DNA of 32,121 nt from an uncultured Bacteroidales bacterium (GTDB taxonomy: Bacteria; Bacteroidota; Bacteroidia; Bacteroidales; UBA12077), in contig CAZWHH010000001.1 of the NCBI GenBank assembly GCA_964633615.1, positions 1-32,121 on the forward strand, written 5' to 3'. Under the pieces are notes generated by a model, which had not been told where the DNA came from, did no database searches, and was given only the letters and a program-made list of their open reading frames with translations. Below are positions 17,763 to 25,954 of the stretch, one piece after another (position 1 is the stretch's first letter; the number at the start of each line of letters is the position of its first letter). The translations under genes and the position numbers were made by a program.

Positions 17763-19115
17763 TTATGCTATTCGTTTAATCATTTTACCATATCCCGGGT
17801 CAGCTACAATCCCTTTATCAACATCATAAATAATCTTGCCTCTTAATATAGTATTTCTGATACGACCTTCGAATTCCATGTCTTCAAAAGGAGTAATTTT
17901 ACCCTTAGAATAAAGGTCCTTTCCCCGGACTGTCCATTTTGAATCCGGATCAATTATTACAAGATCCGCATCTTTTCCAATTGCGATGGAACCTTTCCTG
18001 TTGTAAAAACCATATCTTCGGGCCGCGTTTTCAGAACTAAGCTGAAGAAAACGGCTCAGACTTATCCGTTTTTTTGAAAAACCCTCAGAAAACAAGAAGG
18101 GAAGGAGTGTTGGATTGCCGGGTATTCCTGAATAATCTGTCCATACCGAACCTGTATGCTTTTGTTCCTCTGGTGCAGGTGCATGGTCAGAAGCTATAAA
18201 ATCTATTCCGCCTTCCCTCATGTATTTCCATAGCTCACTTTTATTTTCTTCTGATTTTACTACAGGTGCTGTTTTAAGTGCGCTGCCAAATTTTTCAAAA
18301 TCGTCTTTGGAAAAGGCCAGATAATGCGGGCAGGTTTCACCGGTAACATATTTAAAATCTTTCAATAATTCCACCGCCTGTGCTGTTCCAACATGGACGA
18401 TGTGTATATTGGCCCCAACTTCTTTAGCGATACTCAAAGCCTGCTGTACAGCAAGAATTTCAGCAATCTCCGGGCGAGAACGATAGTAATTTTCCCATTC
18501 TTCACCTTTAGCTTTTTCAACCTGTATTGCTTCATTAACAAACTCAGCGTCTTCGGCATGAAGGAGTACAGGAATGTTAAGTTCTTTTGCTTTCTGAAGC
18601 ACATTCATAAATTGGTATCGCGAGAGGCTCCTAAAACTGTCCATTCCGGAGAGAAAATAAGTTTTAAAACCCATCACTGTATTGGATAGTTCCTCCATTT
18701 GGTCTGCATAGCCTTCCTGATAGGATTGGGAAGAAACTCCCCCAAAAAATCCATAGTCTACAATTGCTTTATTTTCAATCTGTTTATGCTTTTCCTTCAA
18801 ATTTTTCATGTTGGTGACCGGAGGCACTGAAGTACAGGGCATATCTATCACCGTAGTTATACCACCAGATGCGGCTGCTGAACTGCCATGTAAAAAATCT
18901 TCCCTTTCTGTAAAGCCGGGGTCGTCAAAATGAACATGAGGATCGATACCGCCGGGAATAACCAGGCAACCGGAAGCATCAATAACATTCTCTCCTTCCA
19001 GATTGCTACCCAAATCTGTAATTACACCATTCTGAGTTTCAATATCAAGTAGCTTGGTTTGATCTTCGCCGGATAAGGCAACTTTTCCATTTTTAATAAG
19101 CAACTTATCACTCAT
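17763..19115 (-). CDS. cyclic amidohydrolase (allantoinase/dihydroorotase/hydantoinase family)
   Basis: 450 aa with a full set of binuclear-metal ligand motifs: GGIDPHVHF, GFKTYF (carboxylated Lys position), LLHAE, HIVHV and ASDHAPA. The SDHAP-type motif looks closer to allantoinase/DHOase than to dihydropyrimidinase. Confidence 0.8.
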   Translation of the reverse strand: MSDKLLIKNGKVALSGEDQTKLLDIETQNGVITDLGSNLEGENVIDASGCLVIPGGIDPHVHFDDPGFTEREDFLHGSSAAASGGITTVIDMPCTSVPPVTNMKNLKEKHKQIENKAIVDYGFFGGVSSQSYQEGYADQMEELSNTVMGFKTYFLSGMDSFRSLSRYQFMNVLQKAKELNIPVLLHAEDAEFVNEAIQVEKAKGEEWENYYRSRPEIAEILAVQQALSIAKEVGANIHIVHVGTAQAVELLKDFKYVTGETCPHYLAFSKDDFEKFGSALKTAPVVKSEENKSELWKYMREGGIDFIASDHAPAPEEQKHTGSVWTDYSGIPGNPTLLPFLFSEGFSKKRISLSRFLQLSSENAARRYGFYNRKGSIAIGKDADLVIIDPDSKWTVRGKDLYSKGKITPFEDMEFEGRIRNTILRGKIIYDVDKGIVADPGYGKMIKRIA

Positions 19116-21423
19116 GATTCAACTCCTTATATATTTTTTCCGGTGTAAAAGGTGTTTCACGCAATCTAATTCCAACGGCATCATATATCGCATTGGCAAT
19201 GGCCGGTGCCGGGCAATTTATGCCTATTTCTCCAACAGATTTGGCACCAAAGGGGCCGGTTTTTTCTTCCGAATCAACGAGGAGAGTCTCCATTTCAGGG
19301 ATATCATTACTTCGCCATATCTTATAATCCCAGAAAGAAGCATTAGTCATGTTCCCTTTGGAAGTAAAGTGGAAATTTTCAAATAGTGCATAAGTCATAC
19401 CGTTAATTGCTGCACCTTCGACTTGTCCTTCAGCAAGTTTAGGATTAATAGCCTGACCACAATCCACGACAGAAACAAATTTTATTATGTTCACTTTCCC
19501 GGTCCCTTTATCTAATTCTACCTCAGCAAACTGGGCGATAAAAGGCGGAGGTGATTGGTCAACAAAACTGGAAGCTTCCGCCTGAATTTGTGTAAGCTGC
19601 CCGCCATAGAGGGTTTCATTGGCGATTTCTTCAAAAGAACATTCTTTTTTGGACTCCGAATCGATTACTTTGCCATTCCCGAGGCTTAGTTTATCTCCTT
19701 TTGCGTCCAGGATATTAGTGGCTGCACCCAGAATTTGGTCTTTTATTTTAGTTGCACATTTTTCAACTGCAGTTCCGGAGACGTAGGTCGTTGATGAAGC
19801 ATAAGCTCCCACGTCAAAAGGAGTTTGGTCGGTATCGGAAGACAGCACTATGATTTTTTCCGTGTCTACCTGCAATACCTCTGCAGCGATTTGTGCAAGT
19901 ATTGTGTCGGAACCGGTTCCAATATCCGTAGCCCCAATATCCAGATTAAAACTACCATCTTCGTTCATTTTCATGTATGCAGCACCAAGGTCGATCATCG
20001 GAATGCCTGAACCCTGCATTGCTACAGCAACACCCAAACCGCGAACAAAGCCAGGCTTAGGTTCCGTCTTTTTTCCCCGCTTTTGATACCAGTCAATCAT
20101 CTCTGCCCCTCTGTCAATACATTCGTCAAGCTTGCAGGAATTGATAATTTGTTCTACGCCTTCTTTTCCTTCGCCAAGCGCCTTAAAGACATCAGAAGTT
20201 TCTCCTTCTTTTATATGCCATTTCTTTATATACTCAAGGATATCCTGGTTAGTCTTTCGCGCTATGATATCGATCTGTTGATTCAGCGCAAAATAGGCCT
20301 GTGTAGCGCCATAACCACGGTAAGCTCCTCCCACAGGTAAGTTCGTGTATGCAGACCTTGCCCGGAAGTAAATATTTTTAATCTTATTAAATAACGGCAA
20401 ACATTTTGAACCTGAATTGGAAGAGACTGTAAGCGCATGGCTGCCATAAGCTCCGGTATTCATAATATTATCCATGCTTAAGGCAGTAATTTCACCATCT
20501 TTCTTAAATCCTGTTTTTAATTTCACCTGCATCGGGTGGCGCTGTCGGCCAGACTGGAATTCTTCCTGGCGTGTATAAATCAATCTTACCGGACGTTTGG
20601 TACGCAAAGTAAGCAGTGCTACATAAGGCTCAAGCAACACCTCCTGCTTGGCTCCAAAACCACCGCCGATACGTGGTTTTATTACTCGTATTTTCCTCAG
20701 TGGATAATTAAGCACGCGGGCCACAATACGCCGGGCATGAAAAGGAACCTGTGTAGCTGTCACAATCACAAGTCGCCCGTTTTCATCGAAGTAAGACGCT
20801 GCAATATGCGGTTCCATTGTAGCATGCGAAGCGTAAGCGCTCTGATAAATTTCCTCTACCACATAATCCGCGTCTTCAAAACCTTTTTCAACTTCTCCCA
20901 CAGAGAAATCCACTTCTGATGCCAGGTTTTCTTCGGGCTTATAAGGGACAGGGATTGGGAAATATCCGTCTTTATCATGTATAGCTATTGATCCCTGCAA
21001 AGCTTTCTCCGGATCGAAAACTGCCTCCAGCAATTCATATTCTACTTTAATTTTTTTTACCGCTTCCTCAGCTATCTCCATGGTTTCCGCAGCCACCATT
21101 GCCACAAAGTCACCGGCATATCGAACCACATCATCAAATAAAAGCGTATCATAAGGAGATGGTTCGGGGGCACCCTGTCCGGCTGTAGTATAATAGACTT
21201 TTTCGATTTCTTTATGTGAAATTACATCCACAACGCCCTCCATTTCCTTTGCTTCAGACACATCAATACTCTTTATCCGGGCATGCGCATGGGGACTTCT
21301 GAGTATCCGAACCTTCAAATAATTATCAAGGCGATAATCTTCTGTAAACAAAGAACTTCCGGTTGCCAGTGCCATTGCATCTGTTTTTTCTACAGATTGG
21401 CCTATATTACGATATTTTCTCAT
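19108..21423 (-). CDS. molybdopterin-binding large subunit of a xanthine dehydrogenase-family hydroxylase, set 2
   Basis: 771 aa with GGGFGAKQE, GGAYRGYGATQ and the C-terminal FGAKSVGEIGI. The N-terminal a/b hammerhead-like region is LKVRILRSPHAHARI. Confidence 0.85.
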   Translation of the reverse strand: MRKYRNIGQSVEKTDAMALATGSSLFTEDYRLDNYLKVRILRSPHAHARIKSIDVSEAKEMEGVVDVISHKEIEKVYYTTAGQGAPEPSPYDTLLFDDVVRYAGDFVAMVAAETMEIAEEAVKKIKVEYELLEAVFDPEKALQGSIAIHDKDGYFPIPVPYKPEENLASEVDFSVGEVEKGFEDADYVVEEIYQSAYASHATMEPHIAASYFDENGRLVIVTATQVPFHARRIVARVLNYPLRKIRVIKPRIGGGFGAKQEVLLEPYVALLTLRTKRPVRLIYTRQEEFQSGRQRHPMQVKLKTGFKKDGEITALSMDNIMNTGAYGSHALTVSSNSGSKCLPLFNKIKNIYFRARSAYTNLPVGGAYRGYGATQAYFALNQQIDIIARKTNQDILEYIKKWHIKEGETSDVFKALGEGKEGVEQIINSCKLDECIDRGAEMIDWYQKRGKKTEPKPGFVRGLGVAVAMQGSGIPMIDLGAAYMKMNEDGSFNLDIGATDIGTGSDTILAQIAAEVLQVDTEKIIVLSSDTDQTPFDVGAYASSTTYVSGTAVEKCATKIKDQILGAATNILDAKGDKLSLGNGKVIDSESKKECSFEEIANETLYGGQLTQIQAEASSFVDQSPPPFIAQFAEVELDKGTGKVNIIKFVSVVDCGQAINPKLAEGQVEGAAINGMTYALFENFHFTSKGNMTNASFWDYKIWRSNDIPEMETLLVDSEEKTGPFGAKSVGEIGINCPAPAIANAIYDAVGIRLRETPFTPEKIYKELNHE

Positions 21424-21883
21424 AATCTTTCATTTTTTTTGCAGCCAGTTTAACCGCATCAATTATTTTAATATATCCCGTACATCGGCAAAGGACACCT
21501 TCCATTCCCACTTGTATTTGTTCATCTGTTGGATTGGGAATATTCTTTAACAAATGATAAGCAGACAACACCATTGCAGGGGTACAAAAACCACACTGCA
21601 CAGCTCCTGTTTCAACAAATGCTTCTTGAATAGCATGAGGATGATGTATATCGCCGATCCCCTTTACCGTTGTTATTTCTTGTTCTATAATGGCTGCAGT
21701 GAATACACGGCAGGAGTTTACAGGTTTCCCATTCAGGAGCACCATGCAGGATCCACATTCTCCCTCATCGCATCCGCGCTTCACTTCGCTATAACCATAA
21801 TTCCGAAGGGTATCCAGGAGCAGTTCCTCTTCTCCGTGAACCATTCGTTTTTCTTTGTTATTGATATAAAAAATATTTTCCAT
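21407..21883 (-). CDS. molybdenum hydroxylase [2Fe-2S] subunit, set 2
   Basis: 158 aa with CDEGECGSCMVLLNGKPVNSC and QCGFCTPAMV...CRCTGY. It overlaps the set-2 Mo subunit start by 17 nt. Confidence 0.9.
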   Translation of the reverse strand: MENIFYINNKEKRMVHGEEELLLDTLRNYGYSEVKRGCDEGECGSCMVLLNGKPVNSCRVFTAAIIEQEITTVKGIGDIHHPHAIQEAFVETGAVQCGFCTPAMVLSAYHLLKNIPNPTDEQIQVGMEGVLCRCTGYIKIIDAVKLAAKKMKDYEKIS

Positions 21884-21886
21884 TGG

Positions 21887-22696
21887 TTATGACTTCAAAA
21901 GTTCAATTAATCCTCTTTCAATTTGAGTTTCCGCAAGGTGTTTGACATAATCTGAAGACATCCCTTTTGCGGAAACAAATTTTATATCTAATCCTTTTGC
22001 AATATCTTTTAAATCCAACTGATCAGTATCCTTTCCTTTTAGTTGATCTTCAATTTCGGAGAGTCTCATAAATCTATCTGTATGTCCTGTCAAAACAATG
22101 GCAATGTCTTCAAGTGCATTCTTCTTGCGTTTAACCAAAATTGTAATTGTAAAGCCAGGATGGTCGTTTTTAGTTATACCCTCCCGATAATACCATGAAT
22201 CCCATGACGTATCCGGAATAAGGATTTCTGTAATTAATGTTTGGGATTTTAACTCTTTTTGGGTAAGATAATCCTTAACCGGGAAGAGTCCTGAATTAGC
22301 ACCTTTCAATTTAACCCTGGCTTCTAAAGCAATCAATGGGCCAATTAAATCGGACCAATTTGGTGCCAGGCGAAGACTTCCGCCAATAGTAATCCGGTTG
22401 CGAATAGATATGGTTGCGGCAGGTCCTAATGATTTAGCCAGAATATGTCCCGGCTCTATTTCATTAAGGCGTTCAACAATAGAATTATAATCCGTTAGAC
22501 TGCCCATTTTTATTGATCCATCCTCTCTTTTAACATAATTGAGCGGAAGCTTATCCAGACAAACAATACGATTTCCGTTGTTAAGTTGCTTACTGGTAAG
22601 ATGAGTTCCTCCACCATGGATAACAGCCTTATCGTCTCTGATTAAATCAAGAGCTTCTTCAATTTGCTCTGGGTATTCCCATTTAATTTTTTTCAT
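21887..22696 (-). CDS. molybdenum hydroxylase FAD-binding subunit, set 2 (first gene of the array)
   Basis: 269 aa with VIHGGGTHL and ITIGGSL motifs of the CoxM/XdhB-type flavoprotein subunit. It lies 3 nt upstream of the 2Fe-2S gene. Confidence 0.75.
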   Translation of the reverse strand: MKKIKWEYPEQIEEALDLIRDDKAVIHGGGTHLTSKQLNNGNRIVCLDKLPLNYVKREDGSIKMGSLTDYNSIVERLNEIEPGHILAKSLGPAATISIRNRITIGGSLRLAPNWSDLIGPLIALEARVKLKGANSGLFPVKDYLTQKELKSQTLITEILIPDTSWDSWYYREGITKNDHPGFTITILVKRKKNALEDIAIVLTGHTDRFMRLSEIEDQLKGKDTDQLDLKDIAKGLDIKFVSAKGMSSDYVKHLAETQIERGLIELLKS

Positions 22697-22888
22697 TGAC
22701 AGAGATATATTTAAATTAGAACCAACTAATATAGGAATTCAATCCTTTATTATCAAGTTTCATTGGTAGTTTGTTGTCAACGTACTACAAGATTTTTAAA
22801 GATTCTGAATATTAATAAATTATATTTTATATTTTTATGTTTCAAAACGGGTATTTTTTGAATTAAAATTAATAGATAAAACAAGCTT

Positions 22889-23407
22889 ATGATTTTTATT
22901 GCTACAGGTCCGCGGGGTTCCGGAAAAACAACTTTTCAGTATCAGGTAGCTGAGAGTTTGCAGCAAGAGGGATTTCAGGTGAAAGGGTTTCTTGCTTTTC
23001 ATGATTTTCAAAAAGACAGCTACTCAATATACAATCTGCAAACCCACGAAACGCTTCCCCTGGCACAAAAGCTTTCGTCTTTGAAACACACGGAAGATCC
23101 GTTTCGTTTTGACACCCATGCCTTAAAGCAAGGGAAAGAATGGATTGAAGATATTCTCAACGAATTACCTGATTTGGCTGTAATTGATGAAATTGGTATA
23201 TACGAATTGAGAGGGAAAGTCTGGAGCACTATGTTTACCCGTTTATGTAATTCATCCGTTCCTCTGTTTTTTACAGCAAAACTTAAATTGCTGCCTCAAA
23301 TTCTTAAGGAATGGGAATTAAAACCAACCCATATCTTTTACCCGGAAGATTTCCAAAATCTGAAATACGCCACCGGACAAATACGCGATCCACTGCAACA
23401 TTCATAA
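22889..23407 (+). CDS. small P-loop NTPase (THEP1/DUF2478-like)
   Basis: 172 aa with Walker A GPRGSGKTT at residues 7-15 and Walker B-like LAVIDEIG. It is divergent from the purine array across a 192-bp spacer. Confidence 0.6.
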   Translation: MIFIATGPRGSGKTTFQYQVAESLQQEGFQVKGFLAFHDFQKDSYSIYNLQTHETLPLAQKLSSLKHTEDPFRFDTHALKQGKEWIEDILNELPDLAVIDEIGIYELRGKVWSTMFTRLCNSSVPLFFTAKLKLLPQILKEWELKPTHIFYPEDFQNLKYATGQIRDPLQHS

Positions 23408-23583
23408 TACCACTAAAGAAATTACAAAAAGAAGAGACGGTGCAAAAGGTTTATCAAGCTTCTACCTATTAATTAAGTGGATGCAAAACTTGTAATTATA
23501 CATAAAAAACACTTTATTTACCTTCCCAATATTTTTATTTGTGAATCTTAATAACCTTAAAACACGAGAGTAAAAAGTAAAAT

Positions 23584-24783
23584 ATGAGCGCAGGAGTAAA
23601 CCGGGTAAACGACAAATGGATAAAAGCATCGGTTCTTGCTGGTTTATGGGCAGGGATTGAAATTATTGCAGGAAGCTTTCTGCATAATTTAAAAATTCCG
23701 TTTTCCGGAACTTTTCTTACAATTATCGCGATTATTTTAGTATTGGGGTTTTTCCAGATATGGCCGCAGCGTGGTATTATGTGGCGTGCCGGTTTAATTG
23801 CTGCCTTAATGAAATCAATTTCCCCCAGTGCTGTCATTCTGGGGCCTATGATCGCTATTTTTATGGAGGGCCTGATTTTAGAAATAAGCGTATGGCTATT
23901 GGGTAAAAATCTGATCGGTTACATTGCGGGGGGTGCTTTTACATTGATTGGTGCATTGATGCAAAAAATAGTTCGTTTATGGATGATGTACGGTCTCGAT
24001 ATTTTTAAGATCTATGAAAACATGTATCAGATGGCTGTTAAAAAAATTGGTTTCACTCAAACAAGTCCGGCCCCGGCAGTTGCAACCCTCTTTATTATTT
24101 ATGCGTCATTGGGAGCTTTGGCAGCGTTTGCCGGTTATTCAATTGGCAGGCGCGCCCGGAAAATGCAAAAGAATGAACCGATTTCTTCTCAGGCATCTCA
24201 TCAGACCAATTCATGGGAACAACAACCCAATAAAACAGGATATTCAACCCTCTTACTGATTTTTCATGTGCTTGCCATTCCTTTTCTGCTTTTTCTGCCA
24301 CATCACACTTCTTTGCCGATTTCTGCAGGGATTATTACCTTATACCTGATTTTTATTGCCTGGCATTACAAACATGTCCTTAAAAGAATAAAAAAATTTT
24401 TATTTTGGATTCAACTCCTTATTATTCTGGCTTTAGCATGGTTTTTTGGTGATGCAACGGTTTCCAGCAATGCCCTTAAGCTGCATGCTTTGGCAGACGG
24501 GTTCAGTATGGTTTTACGCGCCCTGCTGGTCGTGATGGGATTTTCAGCCCTGAGCACCGAACTTCGGGCCCCTGTTATGCAGCGAATCTTCTATCAAAGC
24601 GGATTGAGGCAACTGTATATTTCCATCAATACAGCCTTCGGAATCCTCCCCGAAGTCGTTGAACATTTTGCCACTCCACGCGATTTTCTAAAAAAACCCT
24701 TTGGTACGATTGCTTATAGTTTGCAGCACGTTAATGGCTGGCATCTTCAATTAAAGAAAAAATATTCAGAGATGAACCCTTAA
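23584..24783 (+). CDS. polytopic membrane protein, two hydrophobic lobes joined by a polar linker, family not recognised
   Basis: 399 aa with about 10 hydrophobic helices by eye. A polar linker RRARKMQKNEPISSQASHQTNSWEQQPNKTG separates an N-lobe of about 6 TM from a C-lobe of about 4 TM. It is co-directional with the NTPase gene and 176 nt downstream of it. Confidence 0.6.
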   Translation: MSAGVNRVNDKWIKASVLAGLWAGIEIIAGSFLHNLKIPFSGTFLTIIAIILVLGFFQIWPQRGIMWRAGLIAALMKSISPSAVILGPMIAIFMEGLILEISVWLLGKNLIGYIAGGAFTLIGALMQKIVRLWMMYGLDIFKIYENMYQMAVKKIGFTQTSPAPAVATLFIIYASLGALAAFAGYSIGRRARKMQKNEPISSQASHQTNSWEQQPNKTGYSTLLLIFHVLAIPFLLFLPHHTSLPISAGIITLYLIFIAWHYKHVLKRIKKFLFWIQLLIILALAWFFGDATVSSNALKLHALADGFSMVLRALLVVMGFSALSTELRAPVMQRIFYQSGLRQLYISINTAFGILPEVVEHFATPRDFLKKPFGTIAYSLQHVNGWHLQLKKKYSEMNP

Positions 24784-24839
24784 AAAATCCCGAGGCTTTT
24801 AGTAACTATCTATGTGCTGTCTTATGAACCCATCAGGCG

Positions 24840-25667
24840 TTAAAAATCTTCCATTCCTGTATTGACCCTCACTTCTTTTACCTTCGTTACACTCTTATAT
24901 TCATTTTCATCCAACATTTTCCGATATTTTTTAACCCGGTCTCCCATCATTTGTTTTGCCATTTCTCTTTGAGCCTCAGGCATTTCCTCCATATTTTCTT
25001 CGAATTTATCTAACCCTTCTTCTGCTTCTTTGCGTTCTTCTTCAGTAAGAGTCAATCCTGTAATAGTTGTAGAAGTCTCATATGGGATCTTCATTCCTTC
25101 CACGTCACGGAAATCCCTGTTTTGAATTACCGGAGAAATTTCACGGACTTCCCCATTCTCATCTGTAAATTCCACGGTATATTCCATCTGCCTTACCACC
25201 CATTTGCCGGGATCAATGTACAGAAAAAGATCCTCAATGGTATTATCCACGTGCGGGTCATCATTTAAATTGTCAATTTCCAGTTCGTCCACATGCAGAA
25301 TATGTACATGATGTCCATCCACCTCACCGGTACCTTCGTACGTGGCCTTCTCTTTTACCTGCCCTGATAATTGTGAATAGAGGTCTTTGTTCCCCGCTGT
25401 GGCAGATTCCATCCTTCCTGCATTCTCAGTTTTGGTTTTAAAATAAGGACGCCCATCATCATAAGCTTTTTTATAGTAAATGGTATGTTGCTCTTTCTCC
25501 ATCACATAATCATCTATCCCTTCAATAGACTCTTCATATCGTTCTTGCAATTTTTCAAGGACTTCCAATGCCTTGGAGTCCCCTTTCTGACCATGGACGG
25601 TCATTGAAAAAAAGATAAAAGACCAAATAGTCAGTATTCCGGAAAAAACTGTTGATTTTTTTAACAT
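24840..25667 (-). CDS. secreted hypothetical protein (cleavable signal peptide; acidic helical C-terminal tail)
   Basis: 275 aa with N-terminal MLKKSTVFSGILTIWSFIFFSMTVHGQ. AGGAG lies 6 nt upstream of the ATG. I did not recognise a catalytic motif. Confidence 0.55.
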   Translation of the reverse strand: MLKKSTVFSGILTIWSFIFFSMTVHGQKGDSKALEVLEKLQERYEESIEGIDDYVMEKEQHTIYYKKAYDDGRPYFKTKTENAGRMESATAGNKDLYSQLSGQVKEKATYEGTGEVDGHHVHILHVDELEIDNLNDDPHVDNTIEDLFLYIDPGKWVVRQMEYTVEFTDENGEVREISPVIQNRDFRDVEGMKIPYETSTTITGLTLTEEERKEAEEGLDKFEENMEEMPEAQREMAKQMMGDRVKKYRKMLDENEYKSVTKVKEVRVNTGMEDF

Positions 25668-25878
25668 AATAACTCCTTTGGGTTTTTAAGTTTATACGAA
25701 TTTAAGATTTAATTGCTGGAGTATAAAATCTGCAGGGGGATTTTTCACATGACAGATAAATCGAAAATGTTTAAATACTTATAAATAAATAAACAAATAG
25801 GTTTGTAGCATGATTTCAGGTTTAAAAATTCATTTAGCCTGCATTATTCACAAATAAATATTACTCTTTCCCGCAAAC

Positions 25879-25908
25879 AAAAAAATCCTCTCCTGTAAAT
25901 GAAGAAGA
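25879..25908 (-). terminator. intrinsic terminator downstream of the beta-helix lipoprotein gene
   Basis: The minus-strand RNA reads UCUUCUUC-AUUUACA-GGAGAGGA, an 8-bp stem that includes two G-U pairs. It is followed by U7 and lies 47-76 nt after the stop at 25955. Confidence 0.5.
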
Positions 25909-25954
25909 CTTTTTATATATTGATATGAATTATGGTTTAGTTACTGGTTTATAA

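Noticed and set aside
1003-22696. Selenocysteine recoding (in-frame TGA) or pseudogenisation in the hydroxylase or 'selenium-linked' genes.
   Set aside because: Every gene is a single uninterrupted ORF of the expected length. No split ORF pairs or in-frame stops are seen. Selenium dependence, if any, cannot be read from this sequence.
22697-22888. Moco or purine riboswitch, or another structured leader, upstream of the first gene of the array.
   Set aside because: The minus-strand leader is very AT-rich. I could find no GC-rich conserved helices and nothing resembling the guanine/adenine riboswitch core. I also found no exact Bacteroidota -7 box (TAnnTTTG), only a near match TATTTTTTG on the plus strand at about 22852-22860.
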